The notes under the pieces are model-generated. The model searched no databases. It was not told where the DNA came from and saw only the letters and a list, made by a program, of their open reading frames with translations. The position numbers and the translations under genes were made by a program. Shown here one piece after another: positions 1 through 13,751 of a stretch of DNA of 64,000 nucleotides (within the stretch, counting starts at the first letter, position 1; every line of letters begins with the position of its first letter). Source of the stretch: Albugo candida (taxonomy: Eukaryota); the NCBI GenBank assembly GCA_040437565.1, contig JBDOQK010000008.1, positions 1 to 64,000 on the forward strand. The letters are read 5' to 3'.

Positions 1-60
1 ACCCTAAAACCCTAAACCCTAAAACCCTAAACCTTTAACTCAAACCTTTAACTCAAACCT
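1..60 (-). repeat. Telomeric repeat tract (TTTAGGG/TTTTAGGG on minus strand) grading into degenerate 13-bp variant repeats
   Basis: Window begins ACCCTAAAACCCTAAACCCTAAAACCCTAAA, then (ACCTTTAACTCAA)x2. TTTAGGG is the established oomycete/plant-type telomere motif. Confidence 0.9.
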
Positions 61-61
61 A

Positions 62-3000
62 TCAAATGTCATAATCATCCTGAGAAGAGACTTCGACTTC
101 AAAACAGAACATTTTCAATGAACAGCATGAAGCACCAGCCGCGTCTGTGAGTCTCTGACTTCAAATCAGCAAGAAAACGATATCGGGCTGAGCGTCGCGG
201 AAGAAAAACGATCCTTTCTCTCCACTTCATTAAAATTATATTGATCGCGATGGTTTATACTTCCTCTTAATTTATGTTTTTCTTTTTCAACACCTCGATA
301 CCTTCACTATTTGAGAAATCGCAATGATTCATACTCTCTGCAGTGAATGTGTACTGATATAAATCACTCATATTGTCATCGATTTTACTTAATTGCATCG
401 TAAACGCTTGCAGTTCTTCGGGTTTGAAAGACGGAACAACATACAGTGGGGAATGGAACACGTGCACGGGCTTCCTTGTCAGAAAAACGTGCTTGTAGCT
501 GTCCAAGTTCGTACATGCGGAACTAGAGTGCCTCCGATCGATATAGAATGATGCCGTTTCAAGTGCAACCAGAGAGGAAGGAGTGTTGACTGAAAATTTG
601 CTTAAAGTTTCTATTCGCACTTGGTACTTAGTCTTGATGATTGGTTTAGATTTCGATTTTCTTATAAACCTCAGTTTCTGTAATTTTTCCAACGCAACCG
701 TCTTGGCTCATCTGACAACACATGGATCGTTTAATAATGAAGAAACCGAATGATGGCTGGCGTATTTCGTTTTTTCTTTTGTTTCATAGCTCAATGTGAG
801 CTGCAAAAACCAAACAAACGAACATGATTACGCACCTTGGATTATTTTCATCCAAACACGTGGACGGTAAAGTATGACAGATGTACTTCAAGTGATGAAT
901 CAATACATGGTGTCTGTTTGCCTCTTGATAATATAATAATATTGTATCAATCGAAGCTATGGATCGCGTATTGTTGCCGGCACAGACCACATTATCACGC
1001 CTTGAAGTCGCAGTTTGGAAGAAGTCAGGAGTTGCTTGTCATCAAAAGAACTCTACAGTGCTTGTAATCACACTTCTCAAATATGAACGAGGATAAAGCT
1101 ATGCGTTTGCGGCATTTGATGTACCACGTTAGGCACGTCGAAGATACGAGCTATACCAAAGAGTTCACAAAAGCTACTGCACTCCCTATTTCACTGAGTT
1201 CACGTAGGTTGGTTTTCGATGCATGTATCCATGTTTGATCATATCTATATGCCTTCAAACGGAATATAGAAGCGATTGGACAGTATTGTGAGGTGATGTT
1301 CAACGTCTCTACAGAGAAGCCTAGATCGACAAAAAGCTGTCCAATCTTAATGATAATACGCTAATCGCACCGACATATACAGGACTATCCATATCAATGA
1401 ATACTACCGCACGCCGTTCGCGGGATGTCACATGATTATGATTAAATGCGTACACAGCCCTTTGCCGCATCGTAAAGACAACGTTAGCTCGATGCAATTA
1501 CGGTCCAGGTCGTTTTGCAGCATGCGAAATCTACTACAGGATTTCTTTCAATTTGATACCAAAGCTTTTGCAAGTAAATTCTTAAAATACTCGGAGGTAG
1601 GCTCTGTATCATCAAGCAAATATTTTGCTTCTTCAACCACAACGACGGACAATTACTCTATGTGGTAGGATCCGGCCCGTGTTTAACCACTGAGTTGAAT
1701 TGAATCTGTCAAAACATTTTAACATTTCTTTGTTTAACAGTAGGATCGGTGCACTCATTAGTAGACTGACGAATGCTGTCAAAACATTCCGTTGCATACT
1801 TTCTGTGCTATTAGCAATAGGTCAGAATCTTTTCACACATCATCAGATATCTAAAATGATTCAGAAGAAATTCGTTCCGCGTGACTTCGTGGTGTAAAAA
1901 ACTAAAAACTGATGGTCCGTAAGGATTTCTCACAGCCATTTTTGACGCAATTTATCGTTCGAGAACGCTCGAAGCACAAAAGCTTCGTATATCAGGCCGT
2001 TCATCTTCAAGTCCGACCAGACAAGAATTCTGACGGGCTTGGCGACAAAAGTTTAGAACATATCCGTTCTAATATTCAATGCTCTCGAATCGGGCATCTG
2101 AATAAACCTTTATACTCTTGTCGTGCAGTAAATTGTGAAACTAACAGTAACTATCTGGAATGCGATTAGGCTTTCTCACAATACTTTCTTTTAATATCGG
2201 TACCTCTCATAACAGTCCCTCCTATGCCACCAAGCAACGTTGCAGTAGTCTCTGAAAAACGCTGCATCGGCGCACTAGTAGGCGCACAGGCGCAGCACTT
2301 GACCGATACATGACGTGTTCACTTCTTTTCCATATTGATACGTCGGCTCTATTATTTGATTTCGGAAAGGGGTAGTCGCTTTGACAAGCTGCCAAGACAC
2401 CACTCAAGTACGAAAGTCTAAATGTTACGAAGTTCAGTCTCGATCAAAAAATGCCACACTTCGTGACTTTAACCAAATCAAGGCCAAATGTGTCCTCCAG
2501 GATAGATTTTCTGATCTTTCAACATATGACGTAGTTTCGAACGTATCCATAAGTGAACAGATCGCGGCAGAATCATTCGTCGGGAAAGTAACGGCATATA
2601 ATATATGTACAGCACATGCGTTATTAAATCTTGAGTGGTGACCGACTGGACACTTTACTAACAACGTTGATACTGTCTTTATTTCCGTTACCCGTCAATT
2701 ATATACCGACGTTCCCAAAACCATTTTTTAAGTGATTAATTACGATGGCTCGTATGCTTTATCAGAAAAATGTTCAATGCCGCCATTTCAAAGTACCGTG
2801 ATCCAGCTTGTTTTGCAGATGCAGAATTCAACCAGAAGAACTACCAAATGAGCATCAACCAGTTCATTTTTGGAACGGAATAATATTTAAGCGTTCACGT
2901 ATACGTTTAAGACCCAGATTTTAATCAAACTGGAGGAAACTGCTCAATTTACCAGGATGTGGCATCCAGCTTCGAATTCCAAGAACGACTGGATCCGACA

Positions 3001-3750
3001 TTATGTGTTATTGTAGAACAAATAGCGTCACGAAAGCTCTACATGCTGCAATGTAGTAGTCAAAGTGACTGAATTTCTGAGTAATAAAAGTGATCAATTG
3101 TTTTTGAAGATAATGCATGAGACGATTCTTTCAGTGGCATATTAACGACCCAATTGATTCGTAATGTTCTCTGTATAGAAAAAACCTGAAACTGGATCCT
3201 TGATTGTTAATATGATTGCTCTGGACGGGCTTGGTGGAAATGCGATTCAGTTTTCAGAGTCAACGAGCATGACATATTTCTCAATGAGTAAATCCACAGT
3301 TGATCTCCCGGTTGGACGAAAACTTCCGATAGCAACAAAATGTTTTTTGGAGTTTGAGGTCAGAGGCAATAAAGCTTTAAAGTGAAAATTGGCACTTGCA
3401 TAGTATTCCTACTTGAAAATCTTGTAATTGGAAGGGTTGTTGCACAACTGATTTGGTACGTGAAGACTTCGATGAGACTCCCAATGCCCCTACCACGATA
3501 AGATAAGGACGTACTCGTCTCAATGCTACTACGAATCACAATCTACCTGACGGCTTTATTGATCATGAGATGCCGGTATTTTCCAATTTAAGTTTTATCG
3601 AAAGAGATCGTGCAGGGACATTGAAGAGAAGCTCACTCGATATTATTATCGCAGGCGTGATTAAAAACCGGTGGTTTGCACCACATCAGCATTCTTCATC
3701 AAAGAAAGCGCAAAACCAAGTGAACTCACATAAACTCTATTTAATCAGCG
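62..3750 (-). pseudogene. Decayed, unidentified protein-coding sequence reading toward the telomere
   Basis: Chain of minus-strand ORF fragments (267-692, 784-990, 2222-2407, 2434-2664). Manual translation of ~2700-3750 gives long protein-like stretches interrupted by isolated stops. No recognisable motif; boundaries approximate. Confidence 0.35.
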
Positions 3751-4299
3751 CAGAGCTTGTGATGTAACAACCATCGTGATGGCTATTTTGAGTATTTCTT
3801 GAATCTAAATGGGTAAACAGCGGTGAAGCAGCAGCGAACGCTGAAACTTAACGCTTTTGATCTGGAAGTTGAAGATATATAAAATATAAATGAAGAGAGG
3901 TCTCTCTTTTTAGCTTTATGGTATTTTGAAAGAGTCGTTTTCCGCTTTTTTCAGGCGACAACAGGAGTGATAGCTCTTGTAATTTCTAACTCTTCGGGCG
4001 TTTTGCACCGCGAGGCCACAATTTGCTTGCTTAAGTGCCCCTACTCGCTTTCTTCGTATAGGATCATTGGTTGCCTGATCCCAGTTTTATTCACCTTTCG
4101 CATGATTTATCCCTAATTGACATTCTGCATAATAAAACTAAATGAGATCGTCTGGCGGCCAAATGGCTCTATGTCCATTTTTTATGTCGTCGGATTGAAA
4201 GATCTCTCTTGGATTGATTTAAAACCATACATGAGGTAGAATTAATGACCAATCACACAGTATTGTTTTCTAACTTGTACGCTTTAAACAGATCCAAGT

Positions 4300-6850
4300 G
4301 TGGCTCTTTACAAGACACACGCTGCTATAGTTAGACTCACGGTCCCCAAAACATTCCATCACATCGCCTGGAGATCATGCGGCTTATATCTTCGGCATGC
4401 TCTCCTGCTTACCATGGATACAACTCGCAAACGACATCGGCTACCACAATGGCAACTAGTACACTCATATAGTGTGTCATTCGAAAAATACACACAGATA
4501 TTCCGGAATTCAAGGACATCATACATCTCAAGAATGCTGTCAAGCCCACACCGAAGCGCGTGCATTCTGTGTCGCAAATACCAATATCAACTACCAAATT
4601 TGAAGGCTCTGAAGCACGAATGGAAATACTTGATGAAGCAGATACTCAGGAGTGCTGCCATCTACGTACGGGAAATTTGAATAATTGATCAATTCGTTTA
4701 AGACTACATACAGATATGCAGTCATTCATCACGATCAAAGAGCGAGCTCTGTTGGAAAAGCAAGGTTTGCTGCAAATTGATATGAATCGATTGAACATTC
4801 GGAAATCGCTGGGTTGGGATGACTTTTTGGGCATTTTTGGGACATCTGATTCGAATACACAGCCTATCGAATTAAGTCGAACATATTGTGTGATTGAAAG
4901 GTTTACACAGCGTAATCATGGTTATCTTGGAGTGTACTTGACGAACAAGAGCACAAACGGAGTTTGCATCGATAGAGTACCTTTACGTACGTAAGCAATA
5001 TGTAAGATGTTTGGAAGCCACGTAAACACTTTTCATTTTCTGTACTCAGAAAAAAACAAACAGTACAAATTGTATGACAGCCAAACCATCGCATTGCTTT
5101 CCAACTCGCGGGTAGGGTGGTTCTGGCATATCTAGTGGAAGCTCTTCGGTGGAATCTCTACAGTCCACACGAAATTACAAGGGCTCGTTCCACCCCTCAA
5201 CTGAAAAGCGATCGGATCGTGCAAGATTACACCCTAAGCGTCTTGTTTTCAACACCACTAGTCGGAAAGGATAAGAACGGAAACTACCATCCTATTGATG
5301 AGCTCGATGTGTAGCGGGAATACAATGTCTTGAAGCAGATTCTGACTGAAGCGGCACCATGTGTGGTAAGAGCTCCTTCTGCTTCTACCTCTCTTCGAAT
5401 TGATCGAGTGTCTCTATATTGAATAGCTTCGAGCACCATAATCGGGAGAACCATCACAACTAGATGATTATCAAGTATCCTAACAGATATATGTCGATCC
5501 TAATTTTGCCAGTACCGAAAGCTTTCGGGTGATGGTGGCAATGGGATGTCGAGCTCTCCACTTATCGTACACGGCGATAAAAAATATTCATATCTTGATG
5601 ATGGATTCCGATTCGTGCATCCGATACATCACACTTGTATTAAAAAGAGCTACTCTGCTGGTGGAAAAGCTCCCATACGAATTTTGTTTTATCTGCTTGT
5701 TCTTCAGCACCGCTCGCTAACGCTTCGGTACCTGTGGTATCCACATTTCATTGCAGTCCGGACGACTACAAGAATTGAAGGATCATGCGGCTATCGAGTT
5801 TACGCGATCGTTTTATATGGCATTGACAGCTCATAAATCAGCATAAAATAGTTTCACGATGGCTCGGAAAGCTTTATCCAAGTCTCCCAACATCAAACGC
5901 CTGTCTGACGTAGCTTTGAAGATTATACTTCTTCCCGAAAATGGCGATCCTTCAGAGACCATTTTCCCTCTACTTGAAGTGCAAGCAAGCGACCAGATGA
6001 AAATGGGTCCACTTGAGCTTAACCATTATCCAAGCTGTGGTTCGAAGATCTCCCTGCTATCTGTCAAGGCTATTGTAACCGTGCTTTTGAGGTAAAGAAA
6101 ATCTGTTTGGCGCTTTTGCTCAAACAGCAACTAATCGAGCATTAGGTGAACAACTCTGGGAAAGAAGGTATTAGTAAAACTGCAGTCACCTACGCAGTTG
6201 CAAATTACGTCGGACCTCGAATGACCGTCAAAGGCGGTGTTAAAGTCATTGCTGTTGCGCGGATTGCCGAAGAATGATGCGATCAGCACGGTACCGAGTT
6301 TCTCAGCAGTGGAACTCAGCGTGTTCTCGTCAGCTGTGAAAACGTACTGAAAGCCATAAAAGAGATCATCAAACTATATCTTCTGCACAGCAGCGTCCCC
6401 TTCATGTACGGACATAGATCAAATCTTTTGGTACTTGATGGCTTTGATTGTCGCATCAAAGTCGGCGTAGATCGGCAACGATTCTGAGGCTATTCATCGG
6501 ATTTGCTCACAAACAATCCAGCTCTTACCATCGTGCTTACGGCTAGGACGTCCATCACGATGATGAAGATTTGACTGGTGTCGCTGAGCGCGTTTTTTAA
6601 TTGACCTGATTCAGTCCAAAGATGTTGGCTGAAATGCTGTTGGGCTCGTGAGCCGCTCCATCCCAATGAATGAGATCAAATGATGTAAATCCACCGCACC
6701 CGACAACATCGAATTGCTCGCATATCACCCTGTGCTGATAGCACCGATGGAATCCCAAAACGCATTATAAATCTCACGACCAAGTTTGGCAGCGTTTCAA
6801 TGGATGAGATCAGTGTTGTCGCCAACGTGGAAACACCCGGTAAAGCCTAA
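4300..6850 (+). pseudogene. CHAT (caspase-like) domain + STAND/NB-ARC-type P-loop NTPase pseudogene
   Basis: Stitched across frames: VLFSTPLVGKDKNGNYHPIDELDV*REY (5240-5323); GCRALHLS/HGDKKYSYLDDG (His-Gly 5570); LSAC (Cys ~5698); DHAAIEFTRSFYMAL (5781); Walker A-like GKEGISKT (6158-6181); Walker B LLVLDG (6425-6442); TIVLTAR (~6528); GIP (~6749). Multiple stops and frameshifts; 5' limit uncertain. Confidence 0.75.
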
Positions 6851-9800
6851 CGAAGAGAAGAGACGATTTCTATGAAAAATTATAAAACTCTTCTTTCTGG
6901 TTCATCTTGTGAAAATTGGCTGTGGATGACGCTGTATCGAAGTCGGACGTGAGTAAATCAAGACGGCTTGGAATATTTCAAAGGAGTATTTTTTTAATGG
7001 TGGCATTATGATGAATACAATGATGCACAGCGAGCCGCCATTCTCCGTCCCACAGTCAATTTAATTTCGCATTCCGTCCAACCGGACGAAAGCTTGAACG
7101 AAACTCGCACATTTTTCATCAGTTGGTCTATGTCTGCCAATAACAACCACTTTTACCGCGCAAAGTTCAACNNNNNNNNNNNNNNNNNNNNNNNNNNNNN
7201 NNNNNNNNNNNNNNNNNNNNNNNNNNNNNNNNNNNNNNNNNNNNNNNNNNNNNNNNNNNNNNNNNNNNNNNAATACAATGATGCACAGCGAGCCGCCATT
7301 CTCCGTCCCACAGTCAATTTAATTTCGCATTCCGTCCAACCGGACGAAAGCTTGAACGAAACTCGCACATTTTTCATCAGTTGGTCTATGTCTGCCAATA
7401 ACAACCACTTTTACCGCGCAAAGTTCAACGATCTCTGTTGAAAACCGGATATAATGACTGCAGCGACGGTAAGTTGAAGATCCCAACGGGTGGAAGATCC
7501 CGATCTCCTGAATATTCGTAGATAGTGAAAGGTCATGGATAAAGATAAGATAGCTACAAATTGCAAATTTCCCTACGTAATGCTGAGAACAGAAGTAAAT
7601 TTCTTCCTGCGCTTACTCTATGTCGTGTTGCACACGTAACTCAATCGGCGGCTGGTTTACGTCCCTTGCTCTAGTGCGCGATACATTAACAATCACTGAA
7701 CGCTCTGTACAAACGTGTACGTAGAAATAGATTATCTCGTTCTTTTCTTTTCTTTCTTGTTCAAATTGTCGAACTTTCGTGTGGTCGCAAAGCTTCTATC
7801 GCGTTATCGAAATGGCATGACCGCCCACTATGGTTTTGCTATAAAAAACGGAGCGACCTGTTACCCTTCTATATATTCCTGAAACGGAATTGGAGTTCGC
7901 TGTGAACGAAGACGCAATGTACTGATTCTGAAAGTATATTAATCATTAAAATATATTGACTGATAAGCTTTTTGAACGTGCAAGCTTGACAAAGCGCTAC
8001 TGATTGTAAGCTCAGTAAGGTATAAGATTTCGGCAAATATAGAGTAAGGTGATAAGTAGGATGTGATCTTGATAGAGACTAGACGAAAATTGTGTTCCTC
8101 TCTTTCGCTGAATTTCAAATGCTTGCTAGACAGGTCCTCAGTAGAATTGTCGAGTGCTTCTCGTCGCTGATCATGTTGTCATAAGGTATACATGGATGAT
8201 AAGATGTCAAGGCCTAGGTCCTACTGGAAAGCAGTCGACGTCGACGGTTAAGTGCTCTCATTGGAAGCGACATTCTATTTCAATATATCATGAGTGCTTC
8301 TTGTCTATTACAGTTATATGCGGACAAACCGCTAATGTGTTGAAAAAAGCGATCGCTTTCGCGTGACGGTCATTCTTTTTCGTGTCCATAGAGCTGAGGT
8401 CAAAGTACTCAGTGTGTTTGCACAACGCTTAGGTGACGGGAACGATGGAGGAAACGAGTTCAAGATCAAGCCATCTATTGTAAAAGTGTAGCTGCCCAAC
8501 CAATCAATTTCGCTGATGTAATTATTACATCTCGTGAATCCACCGCGATAAATCGTTATCTCGTTATATCATTATAATCGTGCTGATCATGCTGGGTCAG
8601 CTTGCAGCTGAACTGTCATTGATAACGTAGATGGTGCGTTCTTTGTCTCATCAAGAGCCTCTATCGAACCGAAGTAAATACTTCTGAATCCGAATTTTAG
8701 CATTCGTTTCGCTCGTACCTGTGCCCTTCGGAGTGGAGCTTATATCGTGACTTAACAAAACTATCATTTTAGTGTGCTTGAAGGCGATTTCAATCTTCTT
8801 ATCGATCCTCTGTACCGTTGTTGCTACTTGTACAACTTCTGACGCTTTTTGCTTGCGATTGGCGATGACAAAACGATCATGCTCTGGATCGCAATCGGTT
8901 CTGGTGTGCTGATGTCTTTTAAGGCAACCCCATAAGAGAAAGACAGCTCAAAGAACCGCTATATCGAGTGATTTGCTTTCTTTCACAGGCTGTGACTAGC
9001 AAGGCGATATTTTCGGTCTTATCCTTAGTCGACTTTGTTTTTGGGAACCTAATTACTGCAAGGTACAGTGTCAAACGGTAATTTGTGCTCGCTGAATATT
9101 AACTGGTAAATCTTTGCTGGTAGCTTGAGAAGCTCAATTTGTGTTATTTTATTCATTGCAGACTAGAAAAAAAACTTTTTTTGTGTGATTGCTCGACGAT
9201 GAAATTAGTGGGTTTTCGTACCAACAGAGCTCTCATGTAGTGTCTTGCTTGGTAAGATTTCGAATGCCACCCCCGACCTTTTTCGTTTTGAAAGGAAGTA
9301 TTTGGTGAGACTCAGGAAGGTACGATACAAGGCAGCGTACCGCTGGATCGAATTGACTTTACTGAGGAACAAGGAGAATGAAGCTACTCGTAAAAGAACG
9401 CCAGATGTCTGTTCAAAGCGTCGATTCTTATGCAGCGGCGAAAGTACTCAACTTCATTTTTTCTTTTAGCCTTCGGATGTGAATATGCGGTGCAATTACG
9501 GTTGGAGCTTCCTAAATGTGTCAGATTAGTAGCTCCTTGTTGCCCTTGACGAATGCTTTATTTTTTCTGAGCCTAAGATAAAGACGGAATGAGAAGGACA
9601 TCCACGGATTTTGTCTGACTTATGTTGATACCGCGGGTTGACACTGCACTTCGTCTGAGCGATTGTTTTATCTATTGTTCGAATCGCAATCGGCAACTTC
9701 GACAATTTGGTAGTATGCGCCACGATAAGTGGCCATATTCATCAATTTGGAGGCACGTTACGATCAAGGCAAGCGGACTTAGATGACTGAAGTTGTGGAT

Positions 9801-12346
9801 CAACTCGTCAAGAAAGGATCATTCGCTTTTTTTTCGCCCTCGGCAATCATAGCTATGAGAATGGTGGGGCACGCAAGTGCGCCTCAAATCCTACGCTTGT
9901 ATGGGTAGCGCAATTCGACCTGGTGTGGTGAGTATGCATTGAAGTAATGTATCTTGGACAATTAATATACATTACAGGTGAAAATAGTCTAGTATTACTG
10001 CGGCCTAAGAAAGCTGCAATATCTCGTGCGTCAGCGGGAAAACACATGAACAACCTTCACACGCAGCATTTTTATCATTTTGATACTCCACACATTTGGT
10101 GGAGAAATATTGTACTTCTTTTAAAAGAGCATCGGAGTACAAAGGCATAGAATCCAGAACCGACCCATTTTCAAGGATTAGGAACTGGGAAAAAAGCACC
10201 ATTCAGACTTTCTAGGCTCGTTGATCTAGTATTCTGCTTGTTGAATGCGTTCATCTTTACTAGGACACTGGTATCAAACATACAGACGGTGCTGGATTGG
10301 TCTGAGTCACCCCATTTTGTATAGCTGATAAATACAAGAAATTTCTCTTCTGCCTCTCGAAATATTGAAATCTTGATTAGTAGCTCGACAATTCTATTCG
10401 GAACATACTGAGTGAATAATCCTAGTCCCCAACGCATGGCATAGCGCTGGTACATTTCCACTTCGTCTTCACCGAGGGCAAACGAACCCATCTTCTATGC
10501 TCCGTCCACGTCTCGAAGAGAAAGTAAATTGACCTTATTGGAGGGAACTTTAAGAAGACTTTTTTTATCGTGGTGAATAGATTAATTATATAGTTCGGCC
10601 CTGTTATTTTGCAAGAAGTACATAAGATAGAAGTTGGATTTAGATACAGGAAAGGTATTGAGCGTAGTCTTATGGTCTCTATGCGCTAAGAAGTAAACAA
10701 GTCCAGTGCCTAGGTATACAAAAGCGTTACAAAAGCATCGTGAAATAATACAAAGTTATGTGAAAGACTTGTCTCATCCTGTAACAGAAGAGTAGTGAAG
10801 CCTTCTGACATTTAAACATGATGATGCAGGCGATAGAAGTGACGTGAAATAAGCAGACCTTCGAAGCTGAGACATTTTGGGTTTCGAATTGTCTTGCTCA
10901 TGATGTCGACAAGTAGCAAGAATGCTTGCTGTTGATGGTCTTTAGTAGCTCGGATGTAGCGAGAGTGTCATGTGAAAAACATTCTGCAGCTACAGACTGA
11001 TTTGTGGTGACGTAATGACCCTAGTAAAACATCATATACTTCAATAATGAGCACTTGATACGACGTATACAGTCACGAATTTGTTAATTTAATGAATGAT
11101 TTTTTTGGGGATACGAAACAAGCGACATAAATCAGTGTATAAGAATTGTTTTGGAGTCAGCTTGCTTCTGCTAGAAAATCTACCTGGACGAAGCTTCAGG
11201 TGTAAATATAATGCTACATACACACTGTCAACCGCATTGTGAACGGCTAAGCCTCAATTAGTATTTCTATACAATTAGAAGCTGTAATCGAGCTGCATGA
11301 TAGACGACTAGCCAAATACACCAAGATCCATTCTGACACGAAAACATATAAAAGCAAACAGCGATTCTAACAGCATGAAGAAATGTTCCATGCGCTATTA
11401 TAGAGCGAGTGTTGTTATGTGATACACTCTTCGGATTCGGAAATTACGTAACATCGTGTAACAAAACCAGTATTGTTACATGGTACAACCGCTTTGTTAT
11501 TAGATGAACTATTCAATGTGTTCAAGTATCAGAGTCAGACAAAAGTGGAACGGTCTGGCAAGATGCCCGTATTGGTAGCAATAACCCTTAAGAGTACCGT
11601 TTCTTCACGAAGGCAAAGAATGCCTGTATGGCAAGAAAAGAAAACAAAAAAAAACTTCGACTCGTGACGTTTAGTTGCCGCTGTCTGTCAAAACAAAAGC
11701 TTTTTACACAAACAAGTGTCTTTGCCGGTGATGCTTGGTCGAATCTTATAAGGACATGATTATTTTGGACACGGTCAAAGTTAGACCGAGTGAACCAATC
11801 ACATTCATCATGTCTGTATTTATAGACCAGAAGCTAGATCGTAAAACTAATGGCTGACGTGATCAATGTGATAAGATCAACTCCGGCGATAAATACATGT
11901 CAGAAAAGGCTCTTGTGAATAATATGGCCTTTGCAAACAATTATTTTCGCCTAGATGAAACGAATATCTATGGACACAACAAGGATGACGTGTTGCAGCT
12001 CTGTTTTGATGGTTTACTTGCACATCACACAAATAAACATGAAAATACATCCGGTAGTGGTGAATGTTTTGGACGCGGAGAAAGTTCGAGGCTTTCGCAA
12101 TTCACTTTCTGATCTTACTTAAGGTGGACGCAGAAGCCGCTAAAAGTTGGAATGCTTCTTCGAGGATACTTCCGACTGCAAGAATTTCCATCTTGTGCCC
12201 GACATTATGTCCCGCTATGAATTACCGAATAGCTTCAAAGGGCGATTTCGACTTTATCTGCGTTTCAAAATAAAATTAGGTTCGTCAATCCCTAGTGCAA
12301 CCGAATCCAAAATTGACAAAGCTGCTATGGTCACGGTCGTCAAGTG

Positions 12347-13200
12347 GAAGACTATTTCTATTCTCTAAAAAGTGCGCAGATGCATCAGAGCTTTCTAGGT
12401 TTCAGCATCTGTTACAATTTAGCATACTAAGTCGCAATTATTGCTTGCTACATGTGAGTGTTTGTGTTGTATTCAAATATGCTGACTCGATGCATAATCC
12501 ACAATTTACTTTCTCGTCACAATATTTGTCGAGCTATCAACTACTTAACACATCTGAATGTCCTCTCATGATACTCTTTCATTCAAAGTTACTCACTCTG
12601 CATGTTGTAAAGGTTACATCTTCCATAGCTTGAATACTCAGCTCATGTGAGCGTATTTTCCCAACAAATCGAGAGATTTGAGTATTTTGTGGTGCGTGGT
12701 TATAGTGAAAAAACCAAAGTGCACACTTCTCGGTCGGTTCAAATTTAGGAAAATAGGAAAGTAAAAGAAAACGATACGTTTTTTCACATATCATTGCGTT
12801 TACATTTCACAGGAGAAGACTACTATTTCTATTCTCTAAAAACTGCGCAGAGGCATCAGAGCTTTTTAGGTTTCGGCATCTGTTACATTTTAGCATACTA
12901 AGTCGCATTTATCGCTTGCAATATGTGAGTATTGGTGGTGTATTCAACATGTGCGTGTTTGTGTTGTATGCAAATATGCTGACTCGATGCATAATCTACA
13001 ATGCACTTTCTCGTCACAATATTTGTCGAGCTATCAAGTACTTAACACATCTGAATGTCCTCTCATGATACTCTGTCCTTCCGAAATAGTCACTCAGCAT
13101 GTTGTAAAGGTTACATTTTCCGTAGCTTGACTACTCAGCACATGTGAGCGTACTTTCGCATAAAATGGAGAGATTTTAGTTTTCAGTGGTGCGTGGTTTT
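12347..13200. repeat. Diverged ~350-380 bp direct duplication (12347-12700 and 12816-13200)
   Basis: GAAGACTATTTCTATTCTCTAAAA...GTGGTGCGTGGTT occurs twice, with scattered substitutions and a ~25 bp insertion in the second copy; no gap in between. Confidence 0.85.
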
Positions 13201-13202
13201 TT

Positions 13203-13751
13203 CAGCTATCACTATGTACTGGGATGACAGTCAAGGCGGGCCGGTACAAATCTCAATCATTTAAAAAAATCATGCAGAGTCCACAACAAAATATCTTTGA
13301 GGAAAGCCCACCTTCACGAGTATGTTACCCATCCGTGCAGATCCGTACGAATGGATAATCAAAGTTGGCGATAGCAGTGCCGGCACAAACGGAAACGTAT
13401 TTTTTGATTTTAAGAACGCTCACAGCCAGTTCCCGGAAACGGCATATTCCCTATTACAGGAAGCAATTCATGGAAGATATAGTTTCTTTTTTTAACTATT
13501 TCGACTGTCACAGAATCACCGAACTTCAGATGCCGAAATTTACGTTCAGCGATAACTTTGGTAAGCAAACCTTTGTATTCTCAAAGAAAAATCATTTTGG
13601 GAAGATAAACAACAAGAAATGCTTTTTTGCCGTTCAAGCGAGTGGCAATAGTGATTGGTTCATTGGCGCTGCGCTTATCAAGACTCACCATATTGAGTTC
13701 GGAATTAACGGCGTTGACAAGTACACGATTGGCATCACTAAACCTGCTTAA
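13203..13751 (+). pseudogene. 5'-truncated, frameshifted paralog of the pepsin-fold protein at 19998
   Basis: AITMYWDD..., FFDFKNAHSQFPETAY, DCHRITELQMPKF, CFFAV...WFIGAALIKTH...TIGITKP align with AVTIKWDE, VDFDFSQFHSQFPNWAY, DCDRIAELEFPRF, CYLAV...WKIGAALTQTH...TIGFTKA. +1 frameshift in a T7 run at ~13487-13493. Confidence 0.8.

Noticed and set aside
7014..7428. Apparent ~158 bp direct repeat
   Set aside because: Identical copies flank a 100-N gap: contig-overlap artefact.
7450..12340. Short ORFs (e.g. 10171-10491, 11897-12368) as genes or viral insert
   Set aside because: Possibly decayed genes, but no motif could be recognised in any frame; unsupported.
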